Positions 1 to 8,739 of a DNA stretch of 32,000 nt are shown piece after piece. The translations under genes and the position numbers were made by a program. Under the pieces are notes generated by a model. That model ran no database searches and was not told the DNA's origin. It saw nothing but the letters and a program-made list of their open reading frames with translations. Source of the DNA: Puniceicoccaceae bacterium Marseille-Q1082 (GTDB taxonomy: Bacteria > Verrucomicrobiota > Verrucomicrobiia > Opitutales > Intestinicryptomonadaceae); the NCBI GenBank assembly GCA_904424815.1, contig CAJGBI010000001.1, positions 899,083 to 931,082 on the forward strand, in the 5' to 3' direction. Each line of letters begins with the position of its first letter. The stretch's first letter is position 1.

Positions 1-2
1 GC

Positions 3-446
3 AACCGCGCCGACGTCATAAGCTCGCCCGAAAAACTCGCGGACTTTCTGAAATCCAAGGGCTGCAAAAAGGGCGTCGTCGACGCGGCGCTCGGCACGGC
101 TTTCGGGCTCGAAAAGCATTTTGAAATATCGCGCGATTTCGACCGGAATGACCCCGACTCCTTCGATTTCGGGATAACCCGCGCCGCCTTTGCGATAGCC
201 GAAAGCGGGGCCGTCGTGCTGAAGGATTCTTCGACCTCCGACAGGCTCGCGAGCATCGCCCCGTGGGTGCACGTCGCAGTCGTCGAGGAAAAATCCATCG
301 TCAAAACAATTCCCGAGGGGCTTGCAAAAATGGCGGACTGCCCGTATGCGATAGCAATTTCCGGCCCGTCAAAAACCACGGACGTGGAGGGCGTGCTCGT
401 CGAGGGCGTCCACGGGCCTGGCGTGCAGGCCTGCCTCGTGGTCTGA
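3..446 (+). CDS. LUD-domain protein, LutC/YkgG-like, 5'-truncated by the window edge
   Basis: Frame 3 is open from the window start to TGA at 444-446. The C-terminus ...AIAISGPSKTTDVEGVLVEGVHGPG... matches the conserved end of LUD/DUF162 lactate-utilisation proteins. Confidence 0.7.
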   Translation, partial: NRADVISSPEKLADFLKSKGCKKGVVDAALGTAFGLEKHFEISRDFDRNDPDSFDFGITRAAFAIAESGAVVLKDSSTSDRLASIAPWVHVAVVEEKSIVKTIPEGLAKMADCPYAIAISGPSKTTDVEGVLVEGVHGPGVQACLVV

Positions 447-452
447 CCCCCC

Positions 453-488
453 CTCCGGCGCGCGGGAACGCCGGAGCTGCTTTGTGTT
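453..488 (+). terminator. Candidate intrinsic terminator after the LutC-like gene
   Basis: 8-bp GC-rich stem CTCCGGCG (453-460) / CGCCGGAG (469-476) with an 8-nt loop, followed by the T-rich tail CTGCTTTGTGTT. Confidence 0.4.
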
Positions 489-515
489 GACGCGCGGAAT
501 TTATTGTGGATTATT
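487..515 (+). promoter_or_regulatory. Sigma70-like promoter candidate for metF
   Basis: TTGACG (487-492), 17-nt spacer, ATTATT (510-515). The -10 box ends 6 nt before the metF ATG at 522, and no Shine-Dalgarno sequence lies between them. Confidence 0.3.
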
Positions 516-521
516 TTCCCA

Positions 522-1412
522 ATGCAAAACATCGGCAATACGATAGCGGAGAAGTTCGGAAAGGGCCGAACGGTGTTCTCCGTGGAGTTTTTCCCTCCGA
601 AAACCGAAGAGGGCGCGCGCCAAATTCTGAGGACCGCCAACAGGCTGAAAAAAGTCCGCCCAGACTTCGTATCAATAACCTACGGAGCGGGCGGCTCGAG
701 CCGCGAGCGCACGCTCGAGTACGGCGAACTGCTCGGGGAAATTTTCGGGTTCGAGGTGATGCCGCACCTCGCCTGCTACGGGCATTCCAAATCCGAAATA
801 GCCTCCATACTTGAAAGGTTTGACTCCGCGGGGTTCCGCAATGTCATGGCGCTGCGCGGCGACAAGCCCAAAGACGGCTCAGTGTCCGCCCATCCTGACG
901 GCTTCGCGCACGCGGACGAGCTGGTGGGGTTTGTCCGCGAAAAATTTCCGCATTTCGGGATAGGATGCGCGGGATACCCCGAGAAACACCCGGAAGCCCC
1001 CGACATGCGCGCGGACATCGCTAACTTAAAGCGCAAAGTGGACGCCGGAGCGGACTTCGTCACGACGCAGCTATTTTTCGACAACTCCCACTATTTCAGG
1101 TTTGTCGAAATGTGCCGCGGGGCGGGAATCGACAAGCCGATTGTAGCGGGGCTTCTGCCCGCGCTCTCCCTCAAACAGCTCGCCAACTTCAAGGCGATGT
1201 GTTCCACGGACGTTCCGCGCGCCCTCTCGGAACGGCTTGAAGCCGCCGGAGAAAGCCCCGACGCCCAAGCCGCCGCGGGCCTCGAATGGGCGCAGGAGCA
1301 AATAGACGAGCTTCTGGAGGCGAAAGTTCCGGGCATACACCTCTATATATTAAACCGCGCCGAATCCGCCCTCAAACTCTCCGAAAAATTCGGAGGGCGC
1401 GGGGAGAGGTAA
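522..1412 (+). CDS. metF: 5,10-methylenetetrahydrofolate reductase
   Basis: Family-typical motifs FSVEFFPPKT, SITYGAGGS, MPHL.C, ALRGD and TQLFFD. ATG at 522 preferred over the upstream TTG at 504 listed in the ORF track. Confidence 0.9.
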   Translation: MQNIGNTIAEKFGKGRTVFSVEFFPPKTEEGARQILRTANRLKKVRPDFVSITYGAGGSSRERTLEYGELLGEIFGFEVMPHLACYGHSKSEIASILERFDSAGFRNVMALRGDKPKDGSVSAHPDGFAHADELVGFVREKFPHFGIGCAGYPEKHPEAPDMRADIANLKRKVDAGADFVTTQLFFDNSHYFRFVEMCRGAGIDKPIVAGLLPALSLKQLANFKAMCSTDVPRALSERLEAAGESPDAQAAAGLEWAQEQIDELLEAKVPGIHLYILNRAESALKLSEKFGGRGER

Positions 1413-1466
1413 GGCGGAATATTTCGGCGCCCGCCGGAGCCGCAAACGCGCGCAAAATTCGCCCCC

Positions 1467-1491
1467 GCGCCGGCCATCCGGCGCTGTTTTT
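1467..1491 (+). terminator. Intrinsic terminator after metF
   Basis: 7-bp stem GCGCCGG (1467-1473) / CCGGCGC (1478-1484), loop CCAT, then TGTTTTT. Confidence 0.6.
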
Positions 1492-1498
1492 GCGGGCG

Positions 1499-2581
1499 TC
1501 ATTTGAACACGCGCCCGACCCTCTTGGGGATCGCAACCATGGTCTCCCACGGAATCCTGCGCGTCCAGCGGCTGTAATCGACGAGCGAAATTTCCAGCCC
1601 GTCCTGCTCGCCTATAAAAGTCACGGGATCCCCCACTTTGACGTCGCCCGCCCCGTCCACGCATATTGCCGTTTCGTCAAGGCCGACATTGCCGAGTATT
1701 GGGCATTTCGCGCCGCCCGCTATCGCCCGCGCCTTGTCCGTAAACCCCGACGGAACCCCGTCGGCGTATCCAGCGGCGACCGTCGCTATCCTCCTCGGCC
1801 CGCGCGACGAAACCGCGAGAATCCTCGACTTGAACGAAAGCACAGACTCCAGCCGTATCCCCGCGTATTCCCCATCCGGAAACGGGTTTATTCCGTACTG
1901 CAAGAGCCCCATCCTCACGGCGTTAAACGGAGGCTCTACTTTGACGTACCGCAGGGCCGCGCTGTTGTGCAGGTGCACGAGCATTCCCGAGAGATCGAAA
2001 TGCGAGACCGTCCGGCGGAAGATGTCGAACTGGCCGCGCGTATATTCCTCGTCCTCGTCCGCGCTCGAGAGGTGCGAAAATATGCCGGCCACCCTTATTC
2101 CGCCGAGCCCCAGAATCTTCCGGATCTCACCGACGGCGCGCTCATGCCATATTCCCGCGCGCCCCATTCCGGTGTCGAGCTTTATGTGGACGTCCAGAAC
2201 TTTTCCGCGCGCCAATGCGAGCTCCGAAAACGCCGCCGCCTCCGCAAAGGAAGACACGGCGGGAGTCGCGCCGTAGTCGAAAACCAGCTCCCTCTCCGCG
2301 GCGAGCACGGGGCTTAGCACCAAAACGGGCTTGTCGGGAATTATCTCCCTTACGCGCGAAGCCTCGTAGAGATTTGCCACGGCGAAAATGTCCGCTCCCC
2401 CGCGCGCGAAGCGCACGAGCGCGTGCGGCATACAGTGCCCGTAGGCGTCCGCCTTGACGACGCATACGTACTTGACGCCCGCCGGCAGCGCGGACTTGAT
2501 GTTGCGCACGTTCGACTCCAAACGCTGGAAGTCGATTTCTATCCATGATCTCAAAGGCAATTGGCGGTTCACCGCGGTCAA
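1499..2581 (-). CDS. alr: Alanine racemase
   Basis: PLP-lysine motif VVKADAYGH and the N-terminal W.EID...L..N pattern; length 360 aa. Start is TTG at 2581; GTG at 2572 is an alternative. Confidence 0.9.
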   Translation of the reverse strand: MTAVNRQLPLRSWIEIDFQRLESNVRNIKSALPAGVKYVCVVKADAYGHCMPHALVRFARGGADIFAVANLYEASRVREIIPDKPVLVLSPVLAAERELVFDYGATPAVSSFAEAAAFSELALARGKVLDVHIKLDTGMGRAGIWHERAVGEIRKILGLGGIRVAGIFSHLSSADEDEEYTRGQFDIFRRTVSHFDLSGMLVHLHNSAALRYVKVEPPFNAVRMGLLQYGINPFPDGEYAGIRLESVLSFKSRILAVSSRGPRRIATVAAGYADGVPSGFTDKARAIAGGAKCPILGNVGLDETAICVDGAGDVKVGDPVTFIGEQDGLEISLVDYSRWTRRIPWETMVAIPKRVGRVFK

Positions 2582-2671
2582 AATGGTTATTGCCGAAATT
2601 TCCGACGGGCGCGGGCAAAAGTCAAAGGTAAAATCCGCCCGCGCGCCGGAGCCTGAAAAACTTTTTAAGCC

Positions 2672-2701
2672 TTGACCTCCCCGAAGACGGCGCGCTATTA
2701 T
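2672..2701 (+). promoter_or_regulatory. Sigma70-like promoter candidate for yraN
   Basis: TTGACC (2672-2677), 18-nt spacer, TATTAT (2696-2701). ATG at 2708 follows after AAAAAA with no Shine-Dalgarno sequence. Confidence 0.35.
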
Positions 2702-2707
2702 AAAAAA

Positions 2708-3112
2708 ATGTTATTCGACGGCTTTTTCAGGGCCATATTCTCGGCCAAGCCTTTCGCAAAAGCCGCCGGCGACAGGGGCGAGGAGGCCGCGGTCCGGTTT
2801 CTGAAAAAGCGCGGAATGAAAATCGCAGCGCGCAACTTCAGGAGCGGGCGATACGAGGCCGACATCGTCGCATTCGACGGCGACTGCGCGGTTTTCGTGG
2901 AAGTCAAAACGCGCTCCGACAGCGCGCTCGTGGACGGATACTACGCCGCCGTTTCAAAAACCAAAAGGCGCGGTATACGCATCTGCGCCAACCGCTACCT
3001 CTCGCGGCTGCACCCCCGCCCTCCCTCATGGAGGTACGACGTTGTTGACGTGAGAATCGGCGGCGGCATGAAAATTTCGCAAATACGCCATTTTGAAAAC
3101 GTGCCGCTTTAA
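2708..3112 (+). CDS. yraN: YraN-family (UPF0102) endonuclease-like protein
   Basis: GEEAAVRFLKKRGMKIAARNFR...EADIVAFDGDCAVFVEVKTR matches the YraN/UPF0102 core. ATG at 2708 preferred; the ORF-track TTG at 2672 coincides with the putative -35 box. Confidence 0.8.
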   Translation: MLFDGFFRAIFSAKPFAKAAGDRGEEAAVRFLKKRGMKIAARNFRSGRYEADIVAFDGDCAVFVEVKTRSDSALVDGYYAAVSKTKRRGIRICANRYLSRLHPRPPSWRYDVVDVRIGGGMKISQIRHFENVPL

Positions 3113-3134
3113 CCGTTTAAATAAATAAAGAGCA

Positions 3135-6100
3135 ATGAAGAAAAAAATATCAACCATTCTGTCGGCGTTCGCGGCGGCATGCCTCTGCGCCCAGCAATTC
3201 GGAAACTTTGAAATCGACGACGGGGAGCTGTCCCTCGGGACGCAAGCCGTCAGATTCACATATTTCGACGCGAATTGGCACTCAAAATCTCTCAAAAATA
3301 CCGCCTCGCCCGCGGCGGGCTTTCCGAAGTCGGAAAAGGGCAAATCCTACACTGCGGAGGCTTCGATAACCGTAAACGGGAAAAACGCGGGAACCCTGTT
3401 TCAAAAGTTTTCCTTTGCATCTGCGAGCTCGTGCCGCTTGGAATCCTCCTTCAAGCCCTCGGGCGAGGAAAAGTTCAACGAGATCTCATACTCTTTTTCA
3501 TTTCCGATAAAGGGGTCGGAACTCTCCCTCAACGGCGCCGTCATAAACCTCGAAAGCTCCAAAAAAGTCCAAACGGTTTTTTATGTGGACAAAGTTTCGG
3601 TGACAACTCCGCAGGGGCTTGCGAAATTCACGGGAAATCTGGAAGTTCTGCTGCAAGACGGGCGGCTGTTCGGCTCGCAAACGTTTTCTTTGAGGTTCAA
3701 GCCGAAAAATTCCGGCGGCGTATTGAAGTGGAACATGGGAATATCCTACGAAAAAGTAAAGGGCATAACCGCCGCCCTGCCCGAATCCTCCGATCTGGAG
3801 ATTCCCGCGCTGCCGGCCGGCTGGATTAAGCTCGGCGGCGTGGATTTCAATTTCTCCCGCCCCGCCGGAAAAGGGCTGATAGCGGAGGGCGGCAAAGAGA
3901 AAAAAATCGCCCTCAAAGGCGGCGGAAAGCACCTTTACATAATAGGCGCCTTCGACTCCGGAAGCGCCCTTCCCGAAGGCGACTGCGCGGAAATCGAGGC
4001 GGTTTTTGCGGACGGGAAAACCCAGACGGTGAAAATACCGGCGGAAAACGCGGGGCCTATGCGCCACTCAAAAAGCTCCGACAGCCCCAACGCGGTTTGG
4101 ACGTCCAAAGTAGGCGCAAAAACCTACAATCTCTTCGCGACAAAAGTCGATTTCGACCGCCCGGACCTGAAATCCGTTACGATAAGAAACCTCTCCAAGC
4201 CCGACTGGAAAATTGCCGCCGCGTCTCTATCTCCGGTGTCCGTGCCGGTTGAAAGGCTCAAGGGGGCGTTCATAACGCAGTCCAGAGACTACGCGCCTTT
4301 CGTGCCCTCCAAAACGATAGCCAAAGGCAGCGCGCTCGACTTCTCCTGGCTGCTGGACGCGCCCGCGGGCAAATACGGCTTCGCATACGCCAAAGACGGG
4401 GAAATATTTTTTGAAAACAACCCCGGCAAGCCCGCGCGCTTTTACGGCAACAACCTGTGCTTCCAGGCCAATTATCCCGACAAGGAAAACGCTGAAAAGC
4501 TCGCCGACCTCTTTGCGGCGACCGGCTACAACATCCTGCGCATACACCATTACGACGACCCGCTTATCGACAAGTCCTCTCCCGACCGGCTGTCGTTCGA
4601 CGCCGAAAAGCTCGACAGGCTCGACTACCTCGTGGCGGCCATGAAAAAGCGCGGCATATACATAACCACCGACCTCTTCGTCTCGCGCAAGCTCGCCAAA
4701 GACGCCGTTGAGGAGGGGCTCGGTTGGGACGGGCAGATGAGGTCCAACAAGGCGGCGTTCTTCGTGTCCAAAAAGGCGTCCGACAATTTCCGCGCGTTCG
4801 CCAAAAAGCTGCTCGAACACGTAAACCCCTATACGGGACTCGCGTGGAAGGACGAGCCGGCCCTCGTCTCGCTGAGCCTCGTCAACGAAAACACGATATT
4901 CGGAACCTATTCGGCAATGCGCCCGCATTTCGAAAAGCTCTTCAACGAGTGGCTCGCAAAGAACTCGCTGTCGGCCGGCTCCGAAAATACCGAATCCCTC
5001 CGCAGGCGCTTCCTCGCGGAATTGTACGGAAAGTTTTTCGACGAACAGAAGGAATTTTTGCGTTCCCTCGGCGTGCGCGCGATGCTTACCGACCAAAACT
5101 TCTGGACGGGCTACTCCGTGACGCTCACGCGCAAAAATTACGACATAATAGACACCCACTCCTACTTCGGCCACCCGACTTTCATAGAAAAGCCGTGGCA
5201 GCTCCCCTCGAAGATGAGAACCGAGAGCGCGATATCCAAATACGGCGGCTGCATAGAGCTTAGCGACAGCCAGATGGCGGGCAAGCCCTTCTCCATAACG
5301 GAATGGAACTATGTCAACAACAACGACCATTCCGCCGAGGGGGCGTTCCTGATGGGCGCGTACGGCGCGCTGCACAAGTGGGATCTGCTATGCAGGTTCG
5401 CGTACTCGCACGGCGAGATCGATTTCGGCAAGCCCGTCGGGCTCGTCGGCTACTTCGACACCTCCACAAATCCGGTCGCCGCCATATCAGAGCGCGCGGG
5501 CGCGCTGTTCTTCCTGCGCGGCGACGTCAGGGCGTCGGACTTTTCCATACCCGTGCTGCTGCCCGAAGACTACCCGACGCGCAAAAACCGCCAGGACTAC
5601 GCCTCACTCTTGAAGCGCGCCGGCCTCTACGCCGCCACGGAAATCGAGCTGAACCCGACGCCCGCGGGCTTCAAAATCCCCGCCGAAGCGCCCTTTGCCA
5701 TAGCCGCGGAAAAAGCGGTGGCAGAGCAAAACAAATTCGACAAGCCCGTGGTGCTCGATTCCATCTCCGCCCTTCCGGAACTGCAAAAGCTCACCTCGGG
5801 CAAAATAGACGTCAAAAACGAAGTCTACGAATCCTCCACTTCCGAAATGGTTTTGGACAAGAAAAACGAGACGTGGAAGCTCGTCACGGCGCGCAGCGAG
5901 GCGTTCATCGCCCCCAAGGGGCATTCTTTCAAAGGGAATTTCGCCAATGTCAGAAATTCGCGCGGGTGGAGCTCTACGCTGATTGCGAGCATCGACAAAA
6001 ACCCGCTTAAAGAGAGCTCGCGCATTCTCATCCTCCACCTGAGCGACGTGAAGAACACCAACATGCGCTTCGACGACCCCGAGATGACGATACTGCGCTC

Positions 6101-6311
6101 TTACGGGACGCTTCCGCACCTCGCGCGCCGCGCCGAGAGCGTCGTCACCTTCAACGACTCCCTCGACGGCTGGAAGCTTTACGCGCTAAAACAGGACGGG
6201 TCGCGCGGCGAAGAAGTCGCTATCGAGCGCGCCGACGGCAAAGCCTCCGCAAAGCTCTCCACGATAAGGGGCAAATCGGCGGTATTCGCCTACGAGCTCG
6301 TAAAAGAATAG
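3135..6311 (+). CDS. Secreted 1058-aa protein with a central clan GH-A (beta/alpha)8 glycoside-hydrolase-like domain
   Basis: N-terminal signal peptide MKKKISTILSAFAAACLCAQ. Central region RFYGNNL...NILRIHHYD...LVNENT (Asn584-Glu585, nt 4884-4889) ...SITEWNY (Glu723, nt 5301-5303) resembles the GH5-type acid/base and nucleophile motifs. I do not recognise the N-terminal ~380 aa or the C-terminal ~300 aa. Confidence 0.6.
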   Translation: MKKKISTILSAFAAACLCAQQFGNFEIDDGELSLGTQAVRFTYFDANWHSKSLKNTASPAAGFPKSEKGKSYTAEASITVNGKNAGTLFQKFSFASASSCRLESSFKPSGEEKFNEISYSFSFPIKGSELSLNGAVINLESSKKVQTVFYVDKVSVTTPQGLAKFTGNLEVLLQDGRLFGSQTFSLRFKPKNSGGVLKWNMGISYEKVKGITAALPESSDLEIPALPAGWIKLGGVDFNFSRPAGKGLIAEGGKEKKIALKGGGKHLYIIGAFDSGSALPEGDCAEIEAVFADGKTQTVKIPAENAGPMRHSKSSDSPNAVWTSKVGAKTYNLFATKVDFDRPDLKSVTIRNLSKPDWKIAAASLSPVSVPVERLKGAFITQSRDYAPFVPSKTIAKGSALDFSWLLDAPAGKYGFAYAKDGEIFFENNPGKPARFYGNNLCFQANYPDKENAEKLADLFAATGYNILRIHHYDDPLIDKSSPDRLSFDAEKLDRLDYLVAAMKKRGIYITTDLFVSRKLAKDAVEEGLGWDGQMRSNKAAFFVSKKASDNFRAFAKKLLEHVNPYTGLAWKDEPALVSLSLVNENTIFGTYSAMRPHFEKLFNEWLAKNSLSAGSENTESLRRRFLAELYGKFFDEQKEFLRSLGVRAMLTDQNFWTGYSVTLTRKNYDIIDTHSYFGHPTFIEKPWQLPSKMRTESAISKYGGCIELSDSQMAGKPFSITEWNYVNNNDHSAEGAFLMGAYGALHKWDLLCRFAYSHGEIDFGKPVGLVGYFDTSTNPVAAISERAGALFFLRGDVRASDFSIPVLLPEDYPTRKNRQDYASLLKRAGLYAATEIELNPTPAGFKIPAEAPFAIAAEKAVAEQNKFDKPVVLDSISALPELQKLTSGKIDVKNEVYESSTSEMVLDKKNETWKLVTARSEAFIAPKGHSFKGNFANVRNSRGWSSTLIASIDKNPLKESSRILILHLSDVKNTNMRFDDPEMTILRSYGTLPHLARRAESVVTFNDSLDGWKLYALKQDGSRGEEVAIERADGKASAKLSTIRGKSAVFAYELVKE

Positions 6312-6350
6312 CCCGCGCGGGCATCAATATTGCGGAAAGCAGGCGCAAAA

Positions 6351-6390
6351 GGCGGGAGCCCGCAGAAAACGGGCTCCCGCCGCCGTTTTG
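6351..6390. terminator. Bidirectional intrinsic terminator between convergent genes
   Basis: Perfect 12-bp stem GGCGGGAGCCCG (6351-6362) / CGGGCTCCCGCC (6370-6381) with a 7-nt loop. It is flanked by CAAAA upstream and GCCGTTTTG downstream, giving a U-tract on both strands. Confidence 0.65.
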
Positions 6391-6411
6391 CGGCAAAAGT
6401 TCGCGCGCCCG

Positions 6412-8739
6412 CTACTCTATCTCAAACCTGAGCGGCGGAATTTTGTCCACCAGGAACATCCCGCGCCAATGCTTGCCGAGCAGGTTTACGACAAACGCCC
6501 CCCTGCGGGGCTTGGCGTCTTGGGCGCACGAGATTTCGAGGACAAGCCTGCCGTCGCGGAGAAAGAACCTCTTTATGGAGAGCCCGTCGGGCGCCTCCTG
6601 AAATTCGGCTTTCGGCATGTTTTTGAACTTCGAGGGCCCCTTTCCCAAATCTATTGAAACGCTCCCTCCCCTTTTGAATTTTATCGGGGATTCGAGTTTC
6701 GACACGTCGGGCCGGATGGCGTCGTACCCGCGCCCGAAAATATTCCACGAATTGACGCTGCCCCACATTCCGAGCGACGGGACGTAGTGGCGGTAATAAA
6801 ACGCCTGCATCATGTCCTCGCACGGGACGGATTTTTTTGCCATCGCACCTCCCGCAAATTCGGCGCGCCCCTCGACCGACATTTCAAACACTTTTTTCGG
6901 GGAATCTTTCGGAATCCAAACGCCCACGTCGGCGTAGGGCTCGCCCGCCGGAATTTCCGCCCCGAAAATTTTTGCGCCCTCCGGCAGCCCCGAGACTTTA
7001 AGGCGTATGGGGTAATCCTCGATTCCGTCGGCGCGGAACGCGTACACCCTGAAAACCGAAGTCCGCCCGGGCAGGAAGTTCAGCGAACTCGGGACGGTTC
7101 TGAGCTCGAACGACGGGCGCGGCCTGCGTATTTCGAGCCGGTAGGCGTGCGCGGGCGAAAACGCGCCTGTGAGCTCCTCCACGCGCGCGTAAAACGTGCC
7201 CGTAAACGGAGGCGTGAAGATCAGCCGCGAATCCGCATGCGCCGTGACGAAGCCGCAGGAGGGATCTTCGAAGTCGTCGGCTCGCGCGAGGACTTTGCCG
7301 GACGAGTCCGAAACCGTAATGTACGTGTCCGCCGGAGAGCCGAGCCTGCGCGCGAATGTCTCCAATACGACTTTCGCGCCCTGGGCGGCGTCGAAGCGGT
7401 ATGCGTCGCGCGAGCCCGCCGCCTCAAACCTGCCGTCGGCGGACTCGGGCGGCGTGAGCGGAACCGACGGCAAAATCTCCGCCGGCCTTCCCGACAATTT
7501 TACGGACTCCGCCGGCGAGAGTTTTGAATTTTCAGGCGAGGATTTTATTTTCAAATCGCAGGCGGCGGGAAACCCGAAGTCCGGAGCGAAATCCCCCTCC
7601 GCTTTCGGCGCGGAAATTTTCATTTTTTTTGACGGGAGGTTCGGTCCGCCTATCTCGAACTCCGCGTCGGTTCCGGAACGCGCGCCGAGCGGGAAAACAT
7701 ACTCGACAAACGGGCCGGCGGAAATCGACATCCTGTAAACGAAGTCCTCGCGGCTCCTGTAAATCGCGTCGAAAATCTCGGCGCGGTAAACTCCGCTCTC
7801 GGGGACCTTGAATGACAAATGCGGGTCGGGCCTGTGGAAGAAGTCGTCGCAATACGCCGCCTCGCGCCCGTCCGGGCCGGTCACGCGCACTACCGGCTGG
7901 AACCACCCCGGGACGGCGTCGGATATGTACGGAAGAAGCCTCCTGCCCGCCACGTCTATCACAACCGTCTCGCCCGCTTTCGCGTAAAACGAATAGGCGT
8001 CGGTCTTTGCCTCCACTATCTGGCCGTTTGCGATTATCGGGAGCTCGACAAAAAATTCGTTGCCGCCCTCAGGGTAAGCTATCGGATCCTTCCACGTCCT
8101 GATTCCCTCCCTTCCCCAGTTTTTCGGCAGCTTTATGCGCTCGCGCGCGGCGTCGCGCAGGGAGGGCTTGACAAATTCGTCCGTTCCCGAGACGAAAAAC
8201 CTCGCGGGGTTGGAAAGCCCCTTGCGCGACCTCACCAAAATGTTGCGCTCGCCCTTTGCGGCGTCCGGAGACAGGGTGAGCTCGAACTCGACGGTTTCCG
8301 CCATCGGGTCGGAGGAGACTTTCCGCAGATAGACCGAAGCGTCCGCGGCGGCGAGCTTCTTCATGATACCCTCGTCCGCGTTTACGAGCTTGCGCAGGTA
8401 CGCCTGCCCGCCGTCCTCGAACTTTTTCATCTCCTCGACTACCTCCGGATGCTCCTTGACGTATTGCTCCTCGAGCTTGTTTCTCAGCCCGAAATAATTT
8501 CCGGATTTCAGGGGAACCGTGACGGTACAGACACCCGCGCGCGCTCCGCCGCCGGTGATATAGACGTCAGCAACCCCGTCGAAATTCCGCCCGCCGAGAG
8601 TTATCTTGACGGTTTCGCCCGCCTTCGCGCCGGCGGGATAGACATAGGCGATGTTCGGGGCGTCGCTCTCCTGCGCGGCGGCGGAAAGCGCAAATAGGCA
8701 CGCGGCGCATGCCGAAAAAATCTTCGGGGCGTTCAGCAT
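6412..8739 (-). CDS. Secreted 775-aa protein with an IPT/TIG-like Ig domain and two pre-peptidase C-terminal (PPC)-like domains
   Basis: Signal peptide MLNAPKIFSACAACLFALSAAAQ at the internal ATG 8739, which is in frame with the 1156-aa track ORF. N-terminal Ig-like YPAGAKAGETVKITLGGRNF. Two PPC-like segments: DAYSFYAKAGETVVIDV...YRMSIS and DAYRFDAAQGAKVVLETFARRLGSPADTYITV...YRLEIR. The ATG overlaps the upstream stop (ATGCTGA), and GAGGGAG lies upstream. Confidence 0.8.
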   Translation of the reverse strand: MLNAPKIFSACAACLFALSAAAQESDAPNIAYVYPAGAKAGETVKITLGGRNFDGVADVYITGGGARAGVCTVTVPLKSGNYFGLRNKLEEQYVKEHPEVVEEMKKFEDGGQAYLRKLVNADEGIMKKLAAADASVYLRKVSSDPMAETVEFELTLSPDAAKGERNILVRSRKGLSNPARFFVSGTDEFVKPSLRDAARERIKLPKNWGREGIRTWKDPIAYPEGGNEFFVELPIIANGQIVEAKTDAYSFYAKAGETVVIDVAGRRLLPYISDAVPGWFQPVVRVTGPDGREAAYCDDFFHRPDPHLSFKVPESGVYRAEIFDAIYRSREDFVYRMSISAGPFVEYVFPLGARSGTDAEFEIGGPNLPSKKMKISAPKAEGDFAPDFGFPAACDLKIKSSPENSKLSPAESVKLSGRPAEILPSVPLTPPESADGRFEAAGSRDAYRFDAAQGAKVVLETFARRLGSPADTYITVSDSSGKVLARADDFEDPSCGFVTAHADSRLIFTPPFTGTFYARVEELTGAFSPAHAYRLEIRRPRPSFELRTVPSSLNFLPGRTSVFRVYAFRADGIEDYPIRLKVSGLPEGAKIFGAEIPAGEPYADVGVWIPKDSPKKVFEMSVEGRAEFAGGAMAKKSVPCEDMMQAFYYRHYVPSLGMWGSVNSWNIFGRGYDAIRPDVSKLESPIKFKRGGSVSIDLGKGPSKFKNMPKAEFQEAPDGLSIKRFFLRDGRLVLEISCAQDAKPRRGAFVVNLLGKHWRGMFLVDKIPPLRFEIE

